Assembly (NCBI GenBank): GCA_002633005.1
Contig: NMRA01000119.1
Coordinates: forward strand, 62,001 to 126,000
DNA length: 64,000 nt
From: Phoronis australis
Lineage: Eukaryota; Animalia; Phoronida
Reading direction: 5' to 3'
In this document: piece by piece, positions 24,401 through 36,116 of the stretch
Layout: every line of letters starts with the position of its first letter
Numbering within the stretch: the first letter of the stretch is position 1
Translations under genes and position numbers: made by a program
The notes under the pieces: model-generated
The model's input: the letters and a program-made list of their open reading frames with translations, nothing else
The model's database searches: none
Told to the model about the DNA's origin: nothing

Positions 24401-26556
24401 AAAGCGAATCATCAATGCAAAGCCGACTTTATTATAGCTACACACAGCTCAGTATAATCATCCTTCATTTGGTCAAAGAAGCTAAGTTTTCGTCTTGACC
24501 AATTGCTGGTCTCAGCTTATTCCTCACACAGACAAGAATTGGCAAGATGATTGTTCATTATTGTTGTGATGTTATAGTTTTCTATGACATCATCCTTTTG
24601 TGACGTCATTCCTAATTCCTGTCTATATATTTTATATTTCTTTTATGCGTTTCTGCTTCTTTCTATTACGAAAACATACAGTTATTATTCAAGGTGGACT
24701 AATAACATGACGCAGCTTGACAAAATCAACTTGTAGAGTCTGGTTTCATGCAGTGATGAGCTGTCAATTTTTTCCAAGCCACAAATTAATCTCATCTTTT
24801 TTGACTGTGGAACAATTTTGAGTAGTCTAAATCAAAAGTTGTTTTTGTGACAGAGGGGGATTTAGAGCGTCTCTGAAGTAGGAGTCCAGTTCATTTAAGT
24901 GTTAAAAAGATAACTAAGTGTGGTCATCCATACGCAGTACAATTTGGTGGTTTCTCTTTCAGGTGCTGGTAGTGTGCTTGAAGCCCTGGCTGCCAACAAG
25001 AAGTTGATTGTGATTGTCAATGAGGATCTAATGGACAACCACCAGGTGGAGCTAGCAGAAGCTCTTTCAGCTGGACAGCACTTGTTTTATGGAACACCAT
25101 CGTGAGTTTTATATTAATACACAAGTGTTTTTGCACTCCCCACAAGTATTTTGAGTGATATAGCTGGATTAACCTCTTCTTCTATCCTTCTAGTTAAAAC
25201 TTGAATTTCTCTGGACACTGAGAGGTTTTGTGGATATATCACCCTTAAAGGAAAATTTGTTTTAAAGTGTTGTGCATCTAGGTGGATTTAGGGGGGGGTT
25301 GGCCTCTATGCGGACAAGGCCAAAAATGCAAAAATATCAATGTGATTATTGGGCAATCATACACTGATACGTTTTTTTTTCTAAAATTGCGAGTGTCCCT
25401 CCCTTAAAACATCCTCGAAAAGTAAATAGTAGCCGTCTTCGAATTTTCAGAATCAATGCAATAAGAGAAATTAGCGAATAGATTTTCTTCAACATCATGG
25501 CTAAGCGATGAACATTAATTTGTGAATGGATAGGATGGGTTTGTCACAGTCTGGCTTAGGCTCACTTAGGCGTTGGGGTAACAAAACCCCAAATGTTAGC
25601 ATAGGAGTTGTCTAATTTTCAAAAGCAAAATGTTGTGAGATGTTGAGGATGTGTGTTTATTTGCATGGCTCATTTTCTGACACAAATGCCTTCACCAAGT
25701 GGCTGTTTTTCCACCTGAATACAGCAAGGTGCTGCTGAAAACTCCAGACGACAGAAATCGTAGCTAGTCCAGATATCAATCTAGTCCATTGTGAAGCGCT
25801 CCCATGCTCTTTTGTCCATCATCATGACTAGCATGCCAGTTTTTTTCCGCAGTTCCGTTACTAGAATCAAAACCTAATGCATTTATTTTGGCTAGTTTGT
25901 ATCGGATTTTTTGTGTAAGGATGATCCTAACTTGACTTTTTACTAGGAATTCAATTTCCGACAGAAGCCAAACAGTTCCAAAAATCACCTGTTTTAGTCC
26001 ACGATATATCAATTTATTTCAGCGACTGTTTTATTGCCGCAAAGCCATCGCTAATGCGGTAATTGCTCTGCTTCTGACAAAAGAACCTTAGATCAGTTCC
26101 CCTGATAAACATGCTTCTTGATGACAGCAGCTCTTGTACAAAACTATTGACAAAGTACAACGTACAACAAACCAAATTGCTAATGAAATGGCCAAGTATG
26201 ATATTTTGAAAATGAAAACTTGGAATGTTTGGGTGTGGAGCAAGCCTCAATGTTGACCAATAAGTACATACTAGCATACTGATGAGAACACTGCAGTCAT
26301 CCATTCTCAGACCAGCATCTAAGTGAGAAGGGCATTGTGTTGCAGACTGCAGGGGAGCTATTTAAAAGATAATATAGGTTTGGTTAAGTCAGCTTAGACA
26401 CCATGTCCTTAAATAATAAATTTCATTGTTTTATTAATTTTCAGCCAGCTTGGAAGCATTTTGCAGACAAAAGATCTCTCAACCTTGGTGCCATTTGAGA
26501 AAGCTCAGCCTGAGAAATTTGGTGCTTTCCTAGACAAAGTCATGCTTGTGTCATGA
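18332..26556 (+). CDS. ALG13: UDP-N-acetylglucosamine transferase subunit ALG13 (short GT28-C form, 164 aa)
   Basis: Exons 18332-18424, 21807-21957, 24963-25101, 26445-26556 total 495 nt. Motifs VFVTVGTTSFD, QIGRG, ADLIISHAGAGSVLE, IVNEDLMDNHQVELAE, FLDKV-stop. AATAAA at 26561. Confidence 0.95.
21807..21957 (+). CDS. ALG13: ALG13 exon 2
   Basis: ttttag|LLRRLGYTDVLCQIGRG...ADLIISHA(G)|gtaatc. Confidence 0.93.
24963..25101 (+). CDS. ALG13: ALG13 exon 3
   Basis: ttcag|(G)AGSVLEALAANKKLIVIVNEDLMDNHQVELAEAL...GTP|gtgagt. Confidence 0.93.
26445..26556 (+). CDS. ALG13: ALG13 exon 4 (terminal)
   Basis: ttcag|(S)QLGSILQTKDLSTLVPFEKAQPEKFGAFLDKVMLVS*. Confidence 0.9.
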
Positions 26557-29500
26557 TACCAATAAACATGTAGCTGTGGTTGTACTATGCTCCTGATATA
26601 TATGAGACCTTCTTGGTGGTTGAATCACCATGCTGACAAAACTCATGGTCTTCAAAAACAAGTTGTAGCTGAATCACCAGTGCGGGTGCAATAAGTTGCG
26701 ACTGAATTTGATGCTGGTATTGAAGGCTTTTGACTAAGATTGTATGTCAGAAATGATGCTGGCGTATTTGAGGATGTTGGAACCAAGGCTGTAATCAAGT
26801 CATGATGCTGACAAATACAAATCCTTTGGATAGAAGGAAATGATGCTGAAATATACTGCTGCTGATGTGCTGTCTCTAGGAATTAGTCTGTAGTTGACTC
26901 GTTATATTGGTGTCTGTGGTATTTTCTTATAGTAGTCTTGAAAGCCTTCGAATCCTAGGTGTATTGGGCTAATCATGTAGTCCCAATAGAGCAACAGATG
27001 AAAACGTGATGTAATTATTAAAATGTTGGCTCATGAAGTGTTAAGTGAAAAAGAAAAGTCTTTTTGTGTTACTGTAAGACTCCAGAATAAAGAATGAAAG
27101 TAACTGTAGTGAATAAGTACTTGAATAGAACCCCAAAAGACAATTCGTGTGGTGAAGTAGATGAATGCAAGTCAGCAAGCTTATTGTTCATTACATTTAG
27201 CTACATCATTGGTGTGCGATGTTCAAAACATACTGTGGCAACCAAATTCACATGTTCAGAGTATGGTTTAGAACAAGAGGTTACAGAGATTAACTGAAAG
27301 GTTATTTTATGTCTGAAGTGGTTTTCGTTACACCTATGTTGAGGTGACAATGAATTCGGATTGACCAAGATCAGTGTTCATCAGTGGTCATGGTCTGAAG
27401 TGGCAGAAAGGTATATTGATCAGTAAACTCAGGGTTTATGGATGTCACATTAGGGCATTCTCCAGTTCAGTGACTTTACTAGACATAGAGCAGTTGTGAA
27501 GGTGTGATAACATCTAGCTCCTTTGTTTACTGCTGAGCACAGTCTTTTGACTGGTATGACAACATGCAGGTCAGTTATTTACCAGGCTTAGTACCGACCA
27601 CCTGTGAACACAGTCAAGCCTGGTGCATTGGTACGTTCAGCCAGAATAGATTGTCTTAATTGGTTGTAGTAGGGTGATTTTGGTGCCTGTGATTCAAAAA
27701 CTAAACATGATAAATTTTTGATGAGGAATTCAGAAATGTTATTGGTTTATGCTCAAACATTTTATAACTTAACTTTTATTTTTAACAGCACATCCCATTC
27801 GGGGCTAGATAGGATCATTTCAGAGATTAGAGCAATTATCGAACAAAAGGGAGCTGACCCTGCAACCCTAAATGCCAGAATGGACTCAATCAGTCAAGTA
27901 AGATATTGGCTACAGTGGTCATGTGCCCAATGTGTTATTGTGTTATACAACTGAAAAGTTCGACTCAACAGGAGAACGCAGTAATGAAGGTGTCATTGTT
28001 CAATAGATATTTGATCAAAGAGATGCCAGCAAGAATGAGTGGAAGTGAAAATGTTGGATATAAGAAGAAGAGATTTACCTGAGTGAGATGAAATTCGACT
28101 GCTTATATGAACCAGAACAATCGTTTGCTTAACTTTGTCCCAAAGGTTCAATTCATTAATCTGCACATCTGCCATTGATTTTTGGTGTCCAAACCTCAGT
28201 TAATAGTTGAGTTCTGTTGATTAGGTGGTGCTGATAACAATTTAATAGTGAGACGCGGGGACTTATTATTATTATTCAAATAAATCTGGATGTAATAAAT
28301 GTGTGACGAAATACAAGTGGAATAAACTGATTATGCAGAGGGCAAAGGTGTTACCTTCATCAGCTTTTCTTTTCAGCACTTATCCGTTTTTCCTCTAGTA
28401 CATCGTCTGACATTAGTTTGGTCAGCTCTCCACTGGTCAGTGAAGGTGGCAGGATATACTGCTCATCTGAGTTCAGATCGTTTCATTTTAAAGATTTATA
28501 TAGCAAGTTGTAGATGTTATTTGTTAATAGGCCAAATCGGGGAGTTCAGCATGGTTTTAAAGCCTATGTTGAACGGTAACACATAAATTTGGTTTCTGGG
28601 GTATGTAAAGAGCTTCGCTCTGAGCTCATCATTGCCACAAATTGCCAAATGTAATGAACTGTTAGACGTATTGACTTGCTTTTGTCTACATCACCGAGAG
28701 AATCACCTTTTAATTCAAACAGCTGTTAATAACACCCGCACGCGATGGTGTTCTATTCAGACCCCTGTTCAATATAGCTGTTATTGGCCGTTGTTGTTAA
28801 GGCTGGGTTCTTGCGATGACGTAATATGGCACGAAAAGGCAACTTCACCAATCATTTGACGGGGCCTACATTTGAGTGATTAAACACGTGTTTTCATACT
28901 TTGCTAAGGCTTTGCTAGGACTATCTGGTTAGCCCAGTACTTCTAAAATAACAAAACTCTGTTGAAGTTGGGCTTTAAATGTTGGCTCACTTATAACACA
29001 CCATTGCGCAGATGCCAAAATAACTAGATTGTGTATATTTAATAGATTTGGTAATGGTGAACATAGGTTGCGAAGCACGCTTTCAAAAAGTCTTGGGAAT
29101 GCTTCTCTGCAACACAATTAGTCTGTTTTCCCCTTGGCTTTGGGAAATTTTGTGACATAACTTCACAGTTTTTACATCAGTGAATTCTGGTATTTACACA
29201 CTTGTTTTTTCAGGTGAATTGTAGTTAATTATCTTGCGTTGAATTTGTCGTGAAGTTTCCTAATATTTTTCCAGTAAGAATTAAGAACTGAATAATAAAT
29301 TAATCATACAATTGATTACTTTATTTTACCCAATTTTTTGCACCTTTGTTCTGATATTTACAAGTGAATTCTCTTTCACAACATCTATAGAAAAGGAATG
29401 TTCACGCTGTGGACAGTTTTACAATTCAAGACATGAAAATTTTCTCCATTTATAGTTATATACAATCACTCATGATATGAGATTACAATGTATGTACAAT

Positions 29501-29830
29501 AACTCAAATACATGAGATGAAAGTGTTCTCTATTCTAGGTACCATCATTCAAGACACGAGGGGAACACTGCTGTGCATCATATTCAGTTCCTTACTTGCC
29601 ATACAATTCCTCTGCATCCATGAACAGTCACTGTTTTTGAAATGTTGACAAGTGTATCCTTATTTCACTGAACATGGTAGTCAAATAAACATGTTTACAT
29701 GGAAACATGAAAAGATCTTAAGTATTCAATTTAAAGTTAAATCAGTAATATCTGGCAGCTGCCAAGAAAGAAAATTCATTGCTTAAAGGGAAAACACTGA
29801 CAAGAAAAGTGATTTTCTGTGATCAGTTTC

Positions 29831-29893
29831 TGGCATAGAATCGAACCTACAACCATGCAGTTCCAGTCAAATGCTCTGATGGCAGAGCTAAAC
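29831..29893 (-). repeat. Degenerate tRNA-derived (SINE head-like) fragment
   Basis: The - strand reads GGTTTAGCTC...AGAGCATTTGACTGGAA...GGTTGTAGGTTCGATTCT with A/B-box-like motifs; no intact cloverleaf. Confidence 0.35.
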
Positions 29894-30779
29894 CACACTC
29901 AATCAATGGCAGACTATTTTAAGTACTATATTTAAGTGATAAAGTCACCAGTCTCAGTTTCAGCGAATGTTTGGCCGTTGAAAGTGAGAGTAGGCGATTT
30001 GTAATAAAATCACAAGAACACCAGAATCTGTCGTTTTTCAGCGCTGATTAAAATTAATAACTTCAAGAACTCCATCTCATCTAATGATCTCAAAAAAGTG
30101 TTTTTTGGCCGTAAACTGATAATGTCTCTTTACAGCTATAACTACTCAAAAATCAAAGAACATTCTTCAGTGCATTGTTAGGCCAACCACAGCTGCATTA
30201 GGTAAACCTGATCACAACCATTGAACTTTTACATAGTTTCTAAAAATGAACTCCAAATGTCTGCAAAGGTCCATTGTAGTTGAAAACAGATCAAAGCCAG
30301 CAATTCTAATACATGGAAGAGTATCTCATACCCAAAAACTAAAATTTCTTAAACGTGGACAGTGGCAGTTCATTGATCAATTTCCAGAAATTCAGAAGAG
30401 CATCCATAATTTGAAATGATACGTTTTGACTGATAATCTGGAAGCTTGGCATGGTCTCGAGTAAAACGGTCAGACATTTGCAAACCCAGAAATCACTTCT
30501 CGTCTGAGTAAGGAACAAGCCAGGCCAATTTTACAGGTCTATGGTCTAAATCATAAGTTCACTTCCTGGACAGAAGACGGGTTTGTAGTCATTTTAAGAA
30601 GTAGCTGTACAACACAGTTTTGACTCCTAGAGCTTCTCACAAAATGACAGCTTTTTGTGACAACGCAGAAACCAGTCCTGATTTATTCCATTGCGTCTGT
30701 CCAATATAGGCAAATATCCAGTCACACATACCCAAAAACAGTAAAAAGTTGATCCCACTCAAATGCGTAATGTGAAGTA

Positions 30780-33155
30780 TCACTGTTGCGGGTTATAATC
30801 ATTCCTGGGAAAGTCTGGCCAATATGTCTGCACAGTTGCCTGATTCGGTGCAGTGTGTGTAGAGTATGTCAGTGTGTTACTCTGGGGAGTCGGAATCCAT
30901 GAGTTGTACTGCAAATTTGTCGCTTGCACGTGGTTATGAAGAGCATCAGCAGGTGGCGCCACATGTGCTGCGTGATTGACAGAGGCTGGAGGCAGGCTGT
31001 ACATGTAGTTATGGCTAAAGATGGGAACTTGAGCATGCACATCGCCATATTGGGTATACTGCATCGTCGTTGGCGTCTGGTGACGCTCTGCACTTGGTCC
31101 TCGATCGTGATTCATTGTTGGCATGTCCCTGCGCATGTCCGGGATGGGCACGGTGGCAGCCGGCACAGGCTGACTACGTTTTACATTACGTGGTTTCTTT
31201 GGAGCACCTGTGGATCCATTCGCTTTGCCACATTCATCCTGAGCATGGGGTCTCCGCTTTCGACAGCGATCTAATTGAATCTGATGCCGCTTTATGAATT
31301 TTGTGACCCAACCGTGACTGGCTTTAAACTTAGATTCTGGGTTTTCGCTACAAACCATCGACTGTGCGTACTGACATATATCACGAATGCCAACATGTAT
31401 TTTTGCCTCTTTTTTGGCATTAATCCAGTTCACAATTTCCTGGTCCACCTTAGCACTATACGAGATGACCCTTCCACTACCAATTTTTCTACCAGTATCT
31501 TTATTTCTCTTAATGTTTGGCTTTTCGAGTTCTCGCTTCCATGCCATCACTGTCGAAACGGGCATCTTGTAATATTCAGCTGCCTTACGTAAACTGTGTT
31601 TATGCGTGAATTCCACTACTGATTTCTTAACATCCAAACTGTACTTTTTATATGGCCCACGGGGGACATTTGGGACATTACCACGCCGTTTTTTCGATCG
31701 CGGCTGACTTTCATCAGCACCTTCATCACCAACAAGTTCTTCATTATTTTTGGCAGCCTCCTTCCACTTAATAATTTTTGAAAGAGGAACCTTGAACTTC
31801 TTAGATGTCGTCCTTAAGCTATTTGACTGGGCGTAGTCCAGAATATTTTTCTTGTCTTGCGCAGAGAATTTTTTCTTTACTCTACTGCGTCTACGAATGG
31901 GGTAATTCACGTCATCATCGTCATCAACGTCATTTGGTTCGACTCCGTACTCATCACGATACTCATCACCCTCCTGACCTGTCATAAAACTTTCCGACGC
32001 AACGATCTCTGCAAAGTCGGCCAATATGTTGCCCTGATCTTCAATTTGGCTGGCAAAGTAGTCATCTGCATTGTACGTTAATGGTTTTTGCCTGCGTCTC
32101 GCTCTTAGTCTTTGAATTTTAAGAGCACAGTCATTGGGAAATACCTCAATACTGTCCGCAACATTTGGCTCTGCCTCAGCATCGCAAGTCTCTTCAGCAA
32201 GAATGTCAGCGAGAGTTTTCTCTCCACTGAAGGTAACTTGAATGGCTCTGTCCATGATAATAGTTTTTCCTCTGGGTCGACCTCTTCTTTTTAGTTTTGT
32301 TAAGGGGACAGTCTTCTTCCATAAGCTAATAATATTTCTTGGAACATCAAATTTTTCTGCTGCTTTGTCAAGACCGTAAACTTTAGCTTGATGAACGATA
32401 CGCAATTTCTCTTCTGCACTGAATGTCTTATCGGGAAGCGCCTCATTGGTGGTTTCCTCATGCGTATCAGGCAGCAGATCTGACACAAGCCCCCGTTTGG
32501 CTACTTCTGCAAGACTCTCTGAACTGCCATTACCATCAGCTCCTGCCGAACTTAGTTCACAGTTCATTTCCTTGTTATCTCCAACCAGATTGATCTCATC
32601 AACAGCAGTTGAAGGCTGCACAGTATCAGCTTCTGGAGGGGGAGATGCTGGATTTTCTGTTATCCTCTCGACATTGTAATGATTGGACACATCACGATTC
32701 TCATTTTCCGATGCCAGTTTTTCATCAGGAGTTATAACTGCTCGTTCATCGGTTTTTGGGTAAGAGTCGGATATTGGTTGGTTGTGTACGTAGACAACTT
32801 GTGGTTGCTGCAAATGTGTCAAGTAATCATGGGTGGTAGTCTGTGGGTATGTAGGGGAACTGTTGGTCTGCACTGAGATGAAATGGGCGGCTGTGTCCTC
32901 TTCGCGTGGCGGCACAAACGGATTGGAGAGAGGAATCCCTTCGGGATGATGCGACAAAAGAGTGTGATGGTCGAAATGTTCACGCGGCAGAAAAGCTGGG
33001 GAGAGATGCAGCTGGTCTGTGACACCTTGTGGATGTTGATGAAAAGCAGACGGCATGGTTAATGGAGGTCTGTTGTTGTATAGGTCAGCCATCTGAGAGT
33101 GAGTGAAGTGAGCATTGGTAGGATGGCGAAATGGGTCAGCGTCTGATTCTGTCAT
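30780..33155 (-). CDS. Pogo/CENP-B-derived DNA-binding protein: three Brinker/pogo-type HTHs, AT-hook and CENP-B (Tc5) HTH; no DDE domain
   Basis: Intact 791-aa ORF. HTH repeats FSAEEKLRIV..AAEKFDVPRNIISLWKK, FSAQDKKNIL..TSKKFKVPLSKIIKWKE and YSLDVKKSVV..AAEYYKMPVSTVMAWKR; AT-hook KRRGRPRGK; Tc5 HTH GSGR..VDQEIVNWI..FKASHGWVTKFIKRH. Splice acceptor tttcag lies 1 nt before the ATG. Confidence 0.85.
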   Translation of the reverse strand: MTESDADPFRHPTNAHFTHSQMADLYNNRPPLTMPSAFHQHPQGVTDQLHLSPAFLPREHFDHHTLLSHHPEGIPLSNPFVPPREEDTAAHFISVQTNSSPTYPQTTTHDYLTHLQQPQVVYVHNQPISDSYPKTDERAVITPDEKLASENENRDVSNHYNVERITENPASPPPEADTVQPSTAVDEINLVGDNKEMNCELSSAGADGNGSSESLAEVAKRGLVSDLLPDTHEETTNEALPDKTFSAEEKLRIVHQAKVYGLDKAAEKFDVPRNIISLWKKTVPLTKLKRRGRPRGKTIIMDRAIQVTFSGEKTLADILAEETCDAEAEPNVADSIEVFPNDCALKIQRLRARRRQKPLTYNADDYFASQIEDQGNILADFAEIVASESFMTGQEGDEYRDEYGVEPNDVDDDDDVNYPIRRRSRVKKKFSAQDKKNILDYAQSNSLRTTSKKFKVPLSKIIKWKEAAKNNEELVGDEGADESQPRSKKRRGNVPNVPRGPYKKYSLDVKKSVVEFTHKHSLRKAAEYYKMPVSTVMAWKRELEKPNIKRNKDTGRKIGSGRVISYSAKVDQEIVNWINAKKEAKIHVGIRDICQYAQSMVCSENPESKFKASHGWVTKFIKRHQIQLDRCRKRRPHAQDECGKANGSTGAPKKPRNVKRSQPVPAATVPIPDMRRDMPTMNHDRGPSAERHQTPTTMQYTQYGDVHAQVPIFSHNYMYSLPPASVNHAAHVAPPADALHNHVQATNLQYNSWIPTPQSNTLTYSTHTAPNQATVQTYWPDFPRNDYNPQQ

Positions 33156-33738
33156 ACTGAAAGTTTAAAATGAAAAAACAATATCAGACACCAATAACAA
33201 TTAATAGACTACTGCAGCACATAAACATGGAAACTATCCTATGGTGACTAAAACCTTGAAAACACATTATCACTCTACCTAAATGTTTAGACTGAATATT
33301 TGAGTATTTCACGATAACTGCAGAGTCCAACCAGCCTTATAATGGGGAAGTCAACACATTCGTGTGATATGTTTACTGAAATTGTGATTTGCCTGATATC
33401 CTAGAAGTATATGTAGCAACTCATCCTTGGTTATTTACGCACATAACTTTGCTGACGAGCGACAATGGGTCCAATTCATGGCATCAAGATTCTAAGTCAC
33501 GTTTCAAGCACAATAACTATAACAACTCACGTGGTCAACAGTAAACAGAGACTTATATTTAAAACTGACACCAACATCAATATTAAGAATTGCATGAACA
33601 AACACCACGGAAACAATGACTAATATCGAACTGCATCTAGTTATGGTAAATCTTTTTTGGCTGTAAAAAACTCCAAAAACATTCCTTTTCCCCTTCAAAA
33701 CACAGGTAGGTTATTGCTGTCTGGAGTCACTCAGTTGT

Positions 33739-34570
33739 TTTTATGTGCCCACATGTGGGCGCATTATGCCGTCATCTCTGTCCATCCATCTGTCCACTGC
33801 TGTATCTCCAAAACCCCTAGAGGTATATGTTCATAAAATTATTTTACAGATATGTTCCTTTCATGGATGGGACGGCATGAGCGAATTTTTGGACTGATCT
33901 CACTACCAGTGTGCCCCTTAAATTAGTGTCAACTTTAATTTTTACGTTTGCCTCTGTATCTTCGATATTCCTCAACGGATTTTCATGAAAGTTGGCATAT
34001 AGGTATCTATTACAAAGATGACATCACCTTCACATTTTCAAAATGGATTTAACATATTTTCCGCCACCTAGTGGCCATTTTCACAGTTTGCGAGTCTGGT
34101 TTTTGTCATCTGCCAAACCGCTGTAAGGTGGTAATGAAATTAGACAAATGTGTTGCTAGTGGGAAGAGGATAACTGACGATGATTTTTGGATGGCTCCGA
34201 CTAAAGTGGCTCCTTCTAGTGGCAGTTTTGTTTTGTTTTGCATCCATGGCTGTATCTCCTAAACTCTCTGCAGGATCTTAATTATTAAATTTGGCAAGTG
34301 TATTTATATGAAGGCGACATCATGTGATCACGACTTTCACACAGATCCAACAACCACTGTGCCCCCTAGTGGAAATTTTATTTTTTCCATTTTCCTCAGT
34401 ATCTTTGGAGTTCCTTGATGGATTTTTATGAAATTAGGTAGATTTCTATTAAAGAGGTGGTGACATCTTTTCGTTTCCAGATGGACTTGGCAAAGTGCAT
34501 GCTACCTAGTGCCTGTTTTTTATTTTTTAAGTCAGTTTTTGGCATCCGCCTGTCGGCCAAAACACTCTTG
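33739..34570 (+). mobile_element. Second copy of the same Helentron/DINE-like family (about 2 repeat units), upstream of the pogo-derived ORF
   Basis: TTTTATGTGCCCACATGTGGGCGCAT hairpin start and TCCA microsatellite; core repeats homologous to 54330-55620. Confidence 0.65.
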
Positions 34571-36011
34571 ATCTAAGTATTTCCTCTATCAGCTGATTGT
34601 GTGATATCTATTTTTTAATTAGTAGTTTTTAATTGGGTGAATTAATATAACAAAACATACAAAGCTAGGATGACAAAATTGTTAAAAGTTATACAGAATG
34701 TAGCAAATTTTGTTTATTCGAGCTTTCAAAATCACACTTTTGATATTATTGAAGAAGAAACCATTTTTAATTTTGTAATGCTTTTTGGTGCACCTGAAGT
34801 GAAGTTCAATAAAACCCACATTACATGGATTCGACGTGACCAAGAGATATTACTGAAATGTCCAATTTAAAAGACAAGCTGAAATTTGTCTTATTGGTAG
34901 GGCATCAAGTGCGTAATTTTGTCCAAGCCGAGTGAAAATTTGGCCAAGGCAAGCCAACTTGTGCCAATTACGTTTTACCGTACATACTTTCTGGTATCAT
35001 TTGAAAATTTGGAGCCTGTAATTAATATATTAGATCAAACTTTATCAAACTGGAAATTAAAGCGGTTATTTTTTACTGGATGGAAATCTAAGGTTTTTTT
35101 TAGTTGGTAGAGGCAGACCCAGTCCACTGAGCTAATTCATTTCACACTACTCATTATGGTTTAGACAACTTTCCAATCACTGAAATACATATCACACAGT
35201 GAAGTTCCATTACCCTACACTAACTGCATTGTATTACCGAAAGTGTATTCTGTGACAGTAACCCTGGAAATCCAATTTGACGCCTGTTACTACGTATACC
35301 GTATCTCATTCGGCTACTGCAGACATGTAGTCAAATCTAAAATTTTAAACACTGCATGATTACACCAGTCTCCCCTAACTCAACTCTGGCTATTCCGGCC
35401 ATTTTGATCACGCCCTAAAAATTCAAACACACACGACTTATGTCTCGTATCGGATCAGAATGAGCTTATACATTACAGTGCTTCAGTGTTCAATATAACG
35501 GCTTATCAAGTAAAAACACACCATTTCGAAAAATCATTTTAAGTAATATTCTAAGCATTATTTACGAATCTGCAAGCTTGACCTAGAAAATATCGTTCCC
35601 GAACAATGCCCAATATTTCGATCACAATGTCGAGCACACTTGCGCAGTTTCGGGATTACTTTTCAATCCATCAGACTTTAATACCGTACTGTTATCATTT
35701 GGAAGAAGTAGTTGCACACCTTTGACATCGGACTACCCACCTGAGGTTGTACCAACAACGATTATGGTACTATTCTGGCTCCAATTTTTGGAATATTTTG
35801 AGAATGTCGGTGATCTAAATATGGCGTACGTTGTCGAAAGCGTCACCTGGTATCGAAAATAAAAACTAAATGGAATAGCCTAACGCACGGCAGATCAGCC
35901 GATGGGCGCGGATCCAGGCGCGGATCCCGGGAACAGTAGTGCCCGAGAGACAAGAGATGTTGTAGTATTCATTCACAAATTGGTCAGTGAGTTATCTGGC
36001 TGAAAGTTTAG

Positions 36012-36073
<62 letters not shown>

Positions 36074-36116
36074 GCGCGTGTGCGCGTGTGCACGTGTGCG
36101 TGTGTGCGTGTGTGTG
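36012..36116. repeat. (GT)n / (GTGC) microsatellite
   Basis: Directly visible dinucleotide run. Confidence 0.95.

Noticed and set aside
30924-32876. Cluster of + strand ORFs
   Set aside because: Antisense shadows of the 791-aa ORF.
35730-35950. First exon or promoter of the pogo-derived gene
   Set aside because: It is CpG-rich with two possible - strand donors (cag|gtgggt, cag|gtgacg), but nothing in the sequence chooses between them or links them to the acceptor at 33157.
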